DNA of 63,998 bases, counting the filler, from Dirinaria sp. TL-2023a (Eukaryota), in assembly GCA_051941275.1 (NCBI GenBank). It is 3 parts of 3 records of this genome, joined end to end, with 100 filler letters (N's around TTAATTAATTAA, not from the genome) between each part and the next. Parts side by side here need not be neighbours in the genome. Positions count along the whole stretch, not along the records: positions 1 to 21,753 come from JAVEBF010000247.1; 2 more parts are not named here. One strand, 5' to 3'. The translations under genes and the position numbers were made by a program. The notes beneath the pieces were generated by a model. It was not told the origin of the DNA. It worked only from the letters and a program-made list of their open reading frames with translations, and ran no database searches. Positions 1 through 12,490 of this stretch are shown here, in pieces; position 1 is the first letter of the stretch; every line of letters starts with the position of its first letter.

Positions 1-47
1 CTTCCCCTCACCATCCCCCACCCCCTCAATCTCTGGTTATTCAAAGA

Positions 48-1592
48 ATGGCTGACATCTCCGCACCCCTCACGAAATTTCTCAACGATGTAGATGCCAC
101 CAAAGCATCGCTAGCATCATCATCATCATCATCGTCAGGCCTCACATCTGCCGAGGCCAGAAAGAAAATCGCGAAAGCGGCGAGAATCCTACTCGAGGAT
201 GTTGAGGGGCCCGAAGCCAGCATTTGGAGAGTCGTATGGGGAGTAAGTTGAAGAATCTGTTTTTGCGTAAAGGAAGGCTGCAGGACTTCACTCATACGAG
301 TACATTCCTGCTTCCTCTCTCCCAGCTTTTCTCTTATCTCGTGGGAAAGGTTTTTATTATGCGCTGGAGCTGATGAGCGCCTCACGCCCAGTAGTTACAG
401 GCACATACCGCGCTTCGCGTGGCCTTCCAGCTACAGATCTTTGACCACTTTGATACGGGAAAGGGAGAGATGACAGCCGCTGCTCTAGCGGCGGTCGCAG
501 GCGCAGACTATCTGCTGGTAGGTATGTTGTTTGCTCCCTATGTTTACCTCTGCATATCGCTCTTACGGCATGAAATAAATGACCGCGGTCTCGATATGGC
601 AACTTGTATGCTTAGGATAAAAACTGCCTTTAGTACGTATCATGCGCGCCCTTACGGTCGTTGGCATCTTTGTCGAATTAGGAGAAACCCGATATGCCCA
701 CAACGCAGCCTCTGCAAAGCTCACAAATAGCACGTTCCGCGCCCTCGTCATAGGATTGTAGGTCGTCGCCCCTAAGCAGTCTGTCCCTTTCCCGCTTTTG
801 CCTGGAATCGAGTGGGGTGCCCTGACCTACGGCCTTAGATGTGGAACTTTCGCTCCCTATTTGTCTCACCTACCTACCTACCTGGCTAGTATCTCCTTCG
901 TTAGCCCCGCGGATCCGAAGCATACGCTCTTCAACTATGCCGCTGACACTGCGCTCAACTTCTTCGACTGGTTGCAGATGCATCCAGTGGAACTCGCCAC
1001 ATTCAGCGCCGCCATGGCTGCCAGTTCGGCACTTGGCCACAACCAGACCGTTGCCACCATCTCCTCGCTGTTCCCGCACTCTACAACTGCTGAAGTGCTC
1101 CTTGTGGATGTTGGCGGAGGCCGCGGCCGCATTCTCGAAGACGTGCGCACCCAACGCCTGGATCTGATCGGCCGCATGATTGTGCAGGATCTCCCAGAAG
1201 AAATCGCGGGTCGCACAACCAGCGCGGCTGTCGAGGCTATCGAACACGATTTCTTCACGCCGCAGCCCGTGCACGGGGCGCACACATACTACTTGCGGCA
1301 CGTGCTGCACGATTGGCCGGACACAGCCTGCCGAGTCATCTTGAGACAGACCATCGTCGCAATGACACGCGGATACTCACGTGTAGTGGTGGTGGACGCG
1401 GTGCTCCCGGATGTGGATGCGAGCTTGTTTGCAGCGCTGTTGGACGTGAACATGATGACGCTGAGCGGCATTGAGCGCACGGAGAGACATTGGCGTGATT
1501 TACTCACAAGCGTAGGATTGAGTGTCGAGGAAATGCGAATGGGCCAAGAGGGACGAGAAGGGACGATCGTAGCGATGCTAGCAGACGATTAG
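48..1592 (+). CDS. SAM-dependent O-methyltransferase (class II / Methyltransf_2-type), about 3 introns
   Basis: The last exon has the DVGGGRG SAM-binding motif, VQDLP, HDFF and YYLRHVLHDWPD. Upstream exons (MADIS..., AHTALRVAFQL..., VRIMRALTVVGIF...) join via GT..AG introns. Confidence 0.9.
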
Positions 1593-2729
1593 TCGCTTGT
1601 CCTCAACTGCGTACAATGCTTGCCCCGAGGAGAAGAGGTATGTATAGTAGGCAAAACTCAAGAGCATAGTATCGTAGTTATCATAAGCCTACTTGGATTA
1701 GAATGTAAAACTCCTCGCGCTGGCGAGGGAGATAGCAATGGTACGAGAGACTAGGAAGGAGAGATGAACAAATAGCGGGCGAGAAGTGTCTTACTTGAAC
1801 CAAAATCCCTCATATATGGACGTAGGAAGAAGATCTAGACGATCGGTTCTATCTGTAGAGATATAGTCAATATATGTCTGCGTCGGGTTCTAAGTGCTTG
1901 AGCCATTCTACTTCTGCTTCTCCACTTCCATCCACGATTTGAGAATCTTAATCCGGAAATGGATGTCCAAGAAAATTATACTTTTCAGGAGCCTTTTCAT
2001 ACGCGTCACGAATAGTATTTCTGCCGAATGGAAGAATTCGAATAGAGCGACCAAAGGGTTGAGGAGGCAAGAGATTGTACCAACCGTCCTCAACAATGCA
2101 TTGCACGCCTGACTCGTGCCGGAATGACCTTTTGGTATTTGTTGGCACGCTCGAGACTGGTGCTGCGTTACAGTGTGATTAACCGTAGGCCTTCAAGTGT
2201 TCTCTGAGCCATATGGCTAATTCCTAGCATGTCCGAGGCTCGAGCAGGCGCAACAAGAAGTAAATTTGCCACTGACAAGCGCACTGTAACGACGTTCAGG
2301 GATGGCGAGACAAAAGTGCCTAAAAGAAATGATGGAAAACGCAAAGCATGACTTACCCCACTGTGTTGCTAATGCCGGTCCGTACGAACGCCAGGATGGC
2401 AGTTGCGAAAGAAGAGGCAAGAGGAGCATTTAGCGGTCCAAATTCATCCGCTGTGTTTGCTTGAAGCTATAGAGTTGTAGAGTGAGTCATGAGGCCTTTT
2501 TTCATCAATGCTATGCACTCACAAGCCGTCGAGTAAAACACAAAATCTGCTTGCTGCACAATATTAAGATCCTGGGTATAAGGTTCCATGTGTATAAGTA
2601 TGGAATGAAAAGCCCTATGGAAACCAAAAAGTTAGCCACATGGAATATTTTAAATGGAGCTTCTTCTCAAAGCACCTCTGTCAAATAGACGTCCTACCAT
2701 CGATGGCTTGATCAGTGTCTTTGCGAACA

Positions 2730-2840
2730 AAAAGACAGCCAGTGTCGCCAACATGAAGAACCAATAATACGTGTAGTCCATCGGAAATCCAAGCAATTCA
2801 ACGTTTGGAAGACGATGGGTCAGATGAGGCTGCCTTGCCA
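2730..2840 (-). pseudogene. Short decayed fragment resembling an MFS monocarboxylate (Mch-type) transporter
   Basis: The minus strand reads GSLI*PIVFQTLNCLDFRWTTRIIG/[frameshift]FMLATLAV, similar to the GGxIYPIVF..LGFxWxxRIIGFIML segment of fungal MCT-like MFS proteins. It contains a stop and a frameshift. Confidence 0.4.
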
Positions 2841-4786
2841 TACAATTAATGTAGAGCCTTAAACTATGGCGAGATAAGATTGGACCAATAGTGCCACCGG
2901 TGATTAGTCTTATGCAAAGCATTTCGCCATTTTCGCGTGATCCGATCTTTTCTGCGCTTTATGGAATACATATTACATCACTTTGTCCGTCTTTTCGTAT
3001 TATCATAACTTGCCAGCATCGCTCGTAAAGGTTCCCATGACTGGAGCTGCTCCTTCTGCTCCAGAATCTACAGCTAATCAACTCCATGATCTTATTTTAT
3101 CGGATCAGGCAGAAAGCTGTTGGTGTCCATTTTCGGAACTCTAAGCGTTGCATATTTCGATCACACTGAGTCTTTGCTGCATCGGGTCCTAGGTCTTCTG
3201 CAATCTACCTTCTGGCAATACAGTTAGTACCACATATTTTATGATGACGTACTGAGGGTTTGCATTTTATGTTGATTCCCACGAACGGTATTTCCAGAAA
3301 TCAATGGATCTCATCCTTTACTCTAGACTGATGTTCAAACTCAATTTTGTTTCAGAAAGTGCTTCAATCCCACAAGCCTTTCTTTGGCAAGCTGAAGCTC
3401 GGCGTTCGACTTGCATACCACAAGCCTTAGATATTCTTGTGCAAAATTGGTGGTAGCGTCGCCGAAAGATGCTGATCAATCGTTTCCATGCAACCAAGAC
3501 CAATATAGAATGCAGGCATTTTGGGACTGACCGCTGGCTGGAATCGTTGCAACTCCAAGTTCGTTGATCGAAAACCAACAAAGTTTCCAATCCCGCGGTT
3601 CGCTTACTATGGTTTCAGGAAGAGAATAGTCATGGAGCATTCGAACTTTGCTTGCGTCGAACAGAACCTATTGCGCACCAGATTTCATGACGTATTGGAA
3701 GGCGCTAATCAGCAAATGGCTGTTCCATATCCTAGTAATGAAGCTTGAGAGGTTATCTCCTGCTACGCTGCAGCAATGGAACCATAGAAAACTTAAGAGT
3801 TGATCCAGCTCCAAGGAAATTTCGCAAAGATTGTCCATCTTCCTCTTCATATCAAGCCGGTTCTCTTCTTACAACGACTTTATCTCGCCCGTATACAGTC
3901 CAGAAGCACCTGCCCTGTACTCCGTAGTGGTCAAGTTCAAAATGATATGCACCCACGGCACATGTTGAATTAGAGCTTGGTTGCCTATTGCATAGCCGAC
4001 TCGCCAGCCTGTAGTATTGAATGCCTTCCAATAGATCCGATAGTGATGGTGTAGCGCGCAATTTCTTCATCAAGGGTTGCTATACGAGGGAATGTTGGGG
4101 AATATTAAAGATGTTCGTGAACTTCATGGGAGAGTATAATCACGCCGTGCTTGACACAGTCTGCCAATTGATAGGAAATCATCTACAGTGAAGACTTTGC
4201 CAAGAGGATTATGACTGCTTTATTAAAAAGAAAGCTTCTGGAAAAGCATATTTGTTTTTGAGATCGAGATTCACGTGGTGTTCAGTATCTAATGACGCGA
4301 ACTGTTAGATTGATGCATCTTATGAACTGGAATGGGGTTATAAGAAGCATTATTCACCAGTAGTTTAGATTTTGAAGATATAGCACCCTCAATTTTTGAC
4401 TTGGAGCATAACGTACACCATGTGGAGCGTATTGATTGCACCTTGCGACATCTAACTCTTCTTTGTGTGCATTGATGAGAAATTGAGGAGGGTCCAGTCT
4501 GAAACAATTGAAATGAGCTTCCATATTCATTTTGTCGGTTTGACATATGCAAAAAGGGGATTGCCTAACCCTCTCCCATGATTTGGCTCATGTTGAGGTT
4601 CGAAATGCCATCAGACCACAAGCTTCCAGCCTCATTATCTTTACGAGACACTTTTTCACTCATCGGCTGACTACCACATCGCTAGAGGTTACAGGAGGGC
4701 CCATGACTCGGCTTTCACGGAGTTACGAGCTTCATTCTTATGTGCGTAGGGCTGCCTGATTGTGGAGAATATTTAGCTGAAGTGGG

Positions 4787-5726
4787 CTAGATTACAAACC
4801 GACTGGCTGCTGCAGTCGTGACATTGGTGGTCGCGTTGGTGGTAGCGTCGTTCGAAAGTACCCTTTCCGGCGGCCTCCTTTCTTCTGGCGGATCAAAATG
4901 AGTGCACGCTGCAAAGATATCTTCACGAACAGCATCTTAGCCTCAGACTAGCTGAACTCTGCCTGGATGTAAAATTATTGGTGGTACCTACTGGCGAGAA
5001 AGAAGACATAATTAGCAGGATTGATGACCGATTCCGAGGCCGGTAGGTCGCGAACAGCCCAGATTCCATACATCTCGGGCTTCAAAGCCGGCTCACCCAG
5101 ATAGAGGTGAACCAGCTCGTGAAATAGATGACTGAATTGCGTCTGCGCCAGGCCCTGGCCCGTGGAGAAAGCGCCGTGACTCGGCTGGTCGACGCAATTC
5201 TCGTGCACGGGGAATTCTTGTTCATGGAAGGATCTCGGGCAAAGATAAATCCAAGGGGTGTCGCGCATCCACATGGCATTGATAGCACGCGCGGACTGTT
5301 GGCATAACGCCCAACTGTTCGCCAACTGCGGCATACGTGGATTGGCGCAGATTATGTGGGGAGGGTAGGACCTGCCATCGAAGGAAACGTCGGAACCTGC
5401 AGCTATCTCGCTACGAACTCTCTGTACTTTACGTGGGTCAACTCCATTGAAGAACTTGTAGTAGATGGCGCTCTCAAGGGGATAGGCATTGTTGATTGAC
5501 TGAATGGCTTCTTGAATACTACCCCAAATCTGGTGCAGTAGATGGGCCACTGCCATTGTCTGATCATCGCACCCTGCGATGAGGTAGTTTCCGCTTGCGT
5601 ACACCTGCAGGGTTTCTGCGAGAGACTTTAGCAACGGTGCTGAATTTGTGAGTGAGAAACTCGCGCACCTCCAAAGGTATTGGGTACGAAAGGCAATGCA
5701 ATGAGCAGAAGAGAGAGAAAATACAT
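4787..5726 (-). CDS. Secreted zincin-like protein (HEXXH; M35/deuterolysin-like), 2 predicted introns
   Basis: Signal peptide MYFLSLLLIALPF from ATG 5726. Contains HELVH, an upstream IYLCP, and downstream MYG...SVINPANYVFF. Second intron ~4991-4921; last exon ends ...SRFVI*. Confidence 0.65.
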
Positions 5727-6744
5727 CTCGCTGAAAAACGCCAGAGTCAACGGCGAGTATGAGGACGCGCGGCGCCTTTTGTATCCATTATCAGGAGATA
5801 ATACTCTGTAAAGCTGGCAGATTTTGCTACGCGTCCGCTCTTCGTGTATGCAGGGCCGGGTATTTCTTGTACATCATGCATGTCGGGTCAAACTTGCAGC
5901 TAGCCACAAGCGATCATAATTGTCTTGACGCCAAATTAACGCATGATCCTCTGAAAGTGGGATTGCGTAGATAATAATCCATCGCTTAAATAGTGCTTTC
6001 CACGCGATGAAGCAGGTCCGAAAATCAACTCGAATTGCTGTCTTGAAAGAATTACTCTTGTTCTTTCGAGTGAACAATGCCATTTAACTTTTTCCGGGCT
6101 GCGCATATTACACAGCTGTTGTGCTTTATTGGTCTCCATGACTGGCTTGATCAAAATAGCTCTCGTGAGAGAAGCTTTCCTTAGTCGTGGTCTAATTCCA
6201 TCGTTCGTTGAGGAACGTATTTGCACAAAGCTGAATTATTTATCCGACTGCCAAAGGAAGCTTAGCCGCTGAAACTTAGACAGCTATCGAAGGAAAGGAC
6301 TAGCAATTGCTGCTCAATGGAAGAATGAAAAGTCCATGATTGAGCGCATATAATCCAAGCAGAATCCTGCTCGCAAGCACCTGTTATGGACTGTCACGGG
6401 TATTTCCCCAGGGCCGGGCCCCTACAAGTGGAGGATGACTATTTGTGCCTAGTTAGACTTAGCGTGTTTGGGGATGCTATGCCTAATCGGGTTTAAACCC
6501 CTACCGCCCACATCATACTTTATCCTTTTTTGCATCCCCTCGATCCTAGATATCTTTCGATTCCATAGCTTTTATCCTTATGATTATCGCCACATCATGT
6601 GCCTGACGATTCATGGAAATGCTCCATAACACGAGCTATTTCACCTATGATAGCCGTGCAACCTCTCGTACCGACAAAGCGCTGCTCATCGGCAATAGAC
6701 CTGGCTTGTAAAGATTTCATTCAGTGGAATGGCATTTTGAATGT

Positions 6745-7240
6745 TTGGCGTGTGCATGTATGTTGCGAAATATTGGCATCTCGAATTACTTCTCTCCCGC
6801 CTCGTTCCATACATGCGCAGTCACAAGGTAATCTTTTATTGTGAATCCCACTGTTACCACCCACTCCACTTTACTGTCACATCACCCTCCTCAGTGTCAA
6901 CAATTCGTGTTCATCTATCAATACCCCGTGATCTTGTGCTGCCTTAGAATCAAATATATCAGTTCCTCTCTAAGTCAAAGAACCAGATCTAAGCAAATAA
7001 CGTTCTCACGAAATGCCGATGAACTGATTTACCACGAAAGTGTCACCGTCAAATCGTTCACTCGTTGAGTTCCTAAAAGACGCTAAAGAAGGAGAACGAC
7101 TTTGCAATCCTAATCCGGAAGCATCGAGTTGAGAAAGAAGACATTGATAGATGACAGTAAGTAGTGGTAAATGCGCATGTAGGGGAGAAAAAGAACTTTG
7201 AGATGGCAAGATTTCGCAGCACATGTGCACATGCCAAATG
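6745..7240. repeat. Diverged inverted repeat pair (arms ~6745-6920 and ~7142-7240)
   Basis: tttggcgtgtgcatgtatgttgcgaaatattggcatctc (+) aligns to tttggcatgtgcacatgtgctgcgaaatcttgccatctc (reverse complement of ~7200-7238). Further shared blocks are tacatgcgca, actgtca and tcatctatcaat. Confidence 0.75.
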
Positions 7241-8126
7241 CACCTTAGGCAGTAGAGAAGAGAACAACTTTTAGTAGTAGCCAGCAAGGAAATGAAATAC
7301 TACGCTCACTGGGTTCAAAGGAGAGACATGCCCCAATCTACCCACACATTTTATGCCCAGCGTTCTGCGGACTCATCGCCACTGATTCGAGGACCCCTCA
7401 ATCTTTTAGGTGTCGTACAAAGTCTACTCTGCTGACAGCGTTTCTATGGTCGTTGCAGTTTCTGATAAGCAGGATCGAGTCTTAAGCGGACTTTGGTGGC
7501 TACCTTTTCTTTCTTCCTCTTTCTCTCTCCCTTTCCTTTCGTGTCTGTCCTTTCATGCACGGGGAAGGAAAGGCGATGAGCCCATCGTGTCTCTTTAGCG
7601 GTCATTGTAATTTAGTGCGGAGCAGCAATTGCGGGTCAACTAAGCGATTTCCCAGGCCATCTCATCGCTCGGGTTCCAGTGGCGCACCAGTCACACTGTA
7701 ATGGTAATAGTATCTGAAGACATCTTCAGAAGTGCACTAGGGAACGAAGGATATAATGTTCCTCTCCTCCGCCCATGGCAAAATGCAGTTACAACTACTG
7801 GGAGCTAGGGAATCCTGCAGCAAGTCTATTGTACTCGTATATTTGAAGACGAGATAGCAATCACAAACATACCACGGTGCCATGTAAAATTGGAGCTTGC
7901 TTACCTGAACCTCGGTGCAGCCGACGTTATGCTGTATACAATATTGATGGCCACAGAGCATGCAGTGTCTGAGTCTGAGCTCGTTGCAAGGAGGACACTT
8001 TTTCCGCATCCAAAGCATTCTCGCGTCACAGGAGCCTATATGACTAGGATTAGTTAGGCTCTGCCACCACAACTCCAGAGCCCATTAAATATATCATCCA
8101 TGCGTACATAGTCCAAATCCCACTGA

Positions 8127-9425
8127 CTATCCCCACATGCCTCCCTCGCCTAGCCCACTGTATAACTCCCCAATGAGGCAATTTTCAACACAAAGATCTA
8201 GGTGTACCTTGATGTCGGAACTCCCTGCGAGTACATTCGCTCCGGGCTTGGGCGGTGTATAACACGATTCGCACCACCAGGCATTACAGCCTTTGCAGTG
8301 CCGATCTATAAGGCATACCTGGCACCGAGCATACAATGGTGGCGGCGGGTGTCCGTTGGTAGCCGGCATCTGTGCTGCTCGAGCAGTAGAAGAGTGCAAA
8401 GGCGCCGGAGATAGTAGGGGAAGATATTCCGGAGGAGACTTGCCGGGGATCGCTGGGCCTTCCGGCGCGCTATGGCACACCTTTTCAAAACTTAGAGGCC
8501 ATAGTAGAGTACATGACTTCGTCAATTAACTGACCTCGCAGCCCTTGAGGCTAATCGCAGCAATAAATAGACGGTCTCTGTTCCGGTTGTCCGGCGAATC
8601 CAAGCGTATTGGACAGTGCCTGCACTTTACAGCGTCAAATGCAATGACGCCAGCGCATGCTAGAAGCAGATTCTCCCAGTCCAGATCGTACATTGGTTCA
8701 ATGACTTCTCCCTTCCCATCATACCAGCCGTCATCGCTATAGCTTAACTGCTTAGGCGGGGCGGCATTCGAACCTTGATCCAGGGTCAATGCACCAAGCT
8801 GCGCACCTATGGCATCGGTGACTCCAGAAATCTTCCGCGGTAAGGACTTGGGTATCCTTTGGTGGGCAGCTGCGCCACCAAATACGTAAAGTCCCTCTAG
8901 CTTCGGAAAACCAGCAGGTCTTGAGGGTCTAATGAGATACCGCAAGACTTTTTGAACAGTATACGTCGAAAGGCTCGTGACATTTCGGACCGAGAGGAGT
9001 TGCACGTTGAAATAGTCAAGGCACAGTATATCACTGAAGACTCCGCCGGGTACACACAGACCATCCAAGATCAGAATTGCAACGTTCTTGAGCACATCTT
9101 TCGTTTGGAAAAAGTCGAATATACAGCGTAGAGGTAAGGCATCATATGCATCTGCACTTAGATAATCGATCCCAGCGTGCTGCTGCCTTTCTCTCAAAAC
9201 TGCAAAACTGATATTTGGAAGTGCACCCGGCCTCCGAGACAGCTTCAGGCGTTTGAACACATGTGGAGTTCCAAAGATAATGTGTGCAAAGGCTCTACCC
9301 GTGGCAGCAAGCGATAGGATAGAGGAAACTGGTAGCAGCGGACAAATTTCATACAGAATTAGATGATTGGAGAGAAGACTGTGCAGAGAAGGCGCAACAT
9401 GTCCATCATCGGATGGTAGCTCCAT
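8127..9425 (-). CDS. F-box-like/LRR-like protein with Cys-rich C-terminus (Pezizomycotina conserved hypothetical)
   Basis: The N-terminus LHSLLSNHLILYEICPLLPVSSILSLAAT is F-box-like; ILILDGL and CxxC clusters follow. One intron at ~8534-8482 joins the 8526..9431 and 8127..8525 ORFs. Additional alternative 3' exons lie at 8035-7905 and 7695-7636 (see findings). Confidence 0.8.
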
Positions 9426-10076
9426 GAACAAAGTAGTAGCAGGCAGGCAGCGTATGGCCTAAGGTTGTTCGGCTGAATGCCCCATCGAAAGATTTGTTCT
9501 GTACTTCAGCTATCGATATGACACCTATCCATGATGAAGTATCGACAGGCACCCGAGACGAAAGAAATTCGCTCAGGATAGATATTTCAGCAAGCTGAAA
9601 AAGTCATCGGAGGACGATTGTACGTCACTAACATGGCTCGCGTGAATGGCGCAATCTCGCAGGTAAACTGCGGCTAAAAGTCCATAGGTAAAACGAAGCA
9701 AAGTATTCCAGGATTTCCAGTTTTTCCAGAAAAGCTACACGATGTGAAAAGTACCACCTAGGTACCCAAGATCGATCCGTGCCGTAAGGTAATAACGTAG
9801 GGAAGACTGAACTCCTAGACTACGCGTTTGATGCAGTCGCTTTACATCCATGTACAGAAATGTACTGTATCTTCAAATTCGGCCCAGTGAAATGTGCACT
9901 ACGGTATAACAGTACATATACGAATCCGGAAACCCGAATGCCAAATGGTATCTAGTAACAGCCGCCTAATAACCTTCAAATCCATCCATGATATCCATTC
10001 CAAGCATAAGCACCGCCAAGCCCCTGCGTCACGCTTTTTTATCTACTACTTTTGAATGCTGTTCAGGACTGGATGT

Positions 10077-11558
10077 TCAGAATCTGTACTGAACAGGTGG
10101 CTGCCTCGCGTCTTCCGGCGAAATTGGACTGACGTCCTGACCAGCACCACTTAATGACCGACCCCGGGTTGCTTCATCCTGCCTGCTTTCGAAGCTCTGC
10201 GTATCTCCGTGATTGGGAACACCGAGATTATGATCGTTGGACGTAGCGTGGTGGTCCGAGAACGGATTCTCGTGCCCTTGCGACTGGGGTTGCGGTGAAG
10301 GCTGCTTCCGACGCGAGAAGAGGCCCGGCGCTGGCGCTGGATTGGGCGGCGGTTCCGAGGCACCGTTGGTGAGCGGTTGCGGTTGCGGTTGCGTTTGCGT
10401 TTGAGCCGGTGGTGGTCCGACCGGCGGTGAAGGTAAGGGACTGTTGCCAAGCGCCTTCCGTGATTGCAGCATAGCGCGCTGATGCCGCGATAGAGCAACC
10501 GAGAGCTGATCATTCGTTTCGATGAGGGTGAGCAGGGTATCTTCGTCAGGAGCAGGATTGTCGGAGTGTATGTAGCCCTGTATTGATCTCGATGCTGATG
10601 AACACCGATCGACGAATTCCTTGATCAGCTCGTTGCCAACGAATTCATTTGGGGGTGTTGACTGGACGACCTGTTGCAGCAGCTTTGCCGACGTTTTTGC
10701 TTCTTCTATCCGTCCAACAAGCTCATGAGGGGGCGGAAGGCCGCGGTGATGATGCTGACGCGCAAAATAGTTCTGTTGTTGTTGTTGCTGCTGCTCAAAT
10801 GGCTGATTGGAAGTAAAAACTGGCCCATTTTGGGGCCTCAAACCTGGCTGGCCTGCTCCTCCTCCTCTTTTCTGCATCTTCTGCTTATATTTCGTCCACA
10901 TCTCTCGCATAGGATTCAAATTCTCATCATTTTCCTTCTGGGTCTCGAAGTTATCGAGCGTCTCCCTGAGTATCTGCTGGACGCTCATGTCTCGGCCGTC
11001 GCGGAGCAATTCCTTCACCGTCACGACAAATTTCGAATCAAGGTTTTTTGTAAAAGTCTTGCCTGGGTTATCTGCCAAGATTCTGACCAGCATGATTGCA
11101 TTGTACTGAACGTAAGCACGTTGAAAGTTGTCTTTCGAAAGAAATTTGCGAATGCCATTCGCAGCTGCTCGCGCTGCTGTAGGACTTGACTCGGCCGCTT
11201 CGACGATAACAGGGAGGTGGAGGACTTCTTCACCCTGTTGCTCCATTAGCGGCTTACGTTGGTGATGGTTTGGTTGACTCTGGACTGCAGTACCTGCCCG
11301 TATTCCTGGTTGGCGCCGCCCGATTCACAGAATAATCGCTAAAACCCATCAACGGCCTGCAGGTCGATGTTGCGTTAGACACAGCGGGGACTTACGACAC
11401 CGCGCGCAACACTGGCTTCTGGTGAATCGCCATTAGGAATAGCACCGCCTCTTTCCCCGCCTACGAGTTTGTCAGTCAGGCAGGCAGATGCGCGTCAAGA
11501 GCATTGTGCACTTACTTGGACGCCTGCCCATTGCAATGATTCGTTTCATAGTCGCCAT
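10077..11558 (-). CDS. VHS/ENTH-like + GAT domain adaptor (Lsb5/Tom1-like) with NPF motif
   Basis: GAT-like region LVGRIEEAKTSAKLL...DEDTLLTLIETNDQLSVAL, a Pro-rich tail and ENPF. Three small 5' exons with GT..AG introns start from ATG 11558. Confidence 0.8.
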
Positions 11559-12490
11559 GTCCTATTGATGTATGAGGTAGTACAATATGTACAACGAGGA
11601 CAGACGATGGCAGTGAGCGATTCAGCTTTGATATTATTATTGATAAGTACTACTAAAAGTAAAGCACTTGAGTAAGCTCCGGTACTCGGTAAACGGGCAG
11701 CAGGTACCTCCGTACTCCGTCCGAGGGGTCATACTCGTACTAAGCAGGTACAGTAGGTACTAAGGTAAAGTAAGGTAAGGTAAGGTAGCCTTGTCAATGA
11801 TAAGGCCCGCCAAGGGCGCTTAACGGGACGCTCAACCCTAGCGCGCGCTGAAAACCCTGAGCCAGGCGAGCCAGTGCAGCGTTCTCTATCAAAGGCTGCA
11901 GTGAGGAGGGCTGAGTCAGTCGGGATGGTATCAGAGGAACAAGAGCTCAAGAAGTCCTTCGAAGAACATTTGGATCTGAGGGGCAGAATAGATTGTTGTT
12001 ATATGATGCACGTGGATACTTGTTGCTTAGGTGCACAGCCCCAATAATGTCATCAGAAGGATTCGTCACTTCGGGAGCAGGCGTCAATACGAGCTAGCCG
12101 GGTACAGAGCATTCGGGCCAGCCTTGGTGGACCGAGGCGTCATGACAGAGAAAATTGACTGTCATGGGGCATCACTGCGATTCCGCTGATGGATAGAATC
12201 AGCATTGATGTTCTCCTGGTGTACTACTGCGAGATCTACATTGGGTACCTTAATCAAGGCTGAGTTAGGTCCGTTTCATATTTGGGGAGATCCTACCAAG
12301 CCTCCGCCTTAATTCCCATGAGATCGGCTAAAGCACAATATTCCTCGTCAACCTCGAAATAGCTTCTAGCCGGATGGTGCGTTCCCCAAGCGCGGCCTAG
12401 CCACATAAATCCCGCCGCCAGCGCCGATCAATGTTCGCTAAATTGCGTGATCAAAGGAGTCCTTCTTCCTTTTTCTCTCCCTGAACCCAC

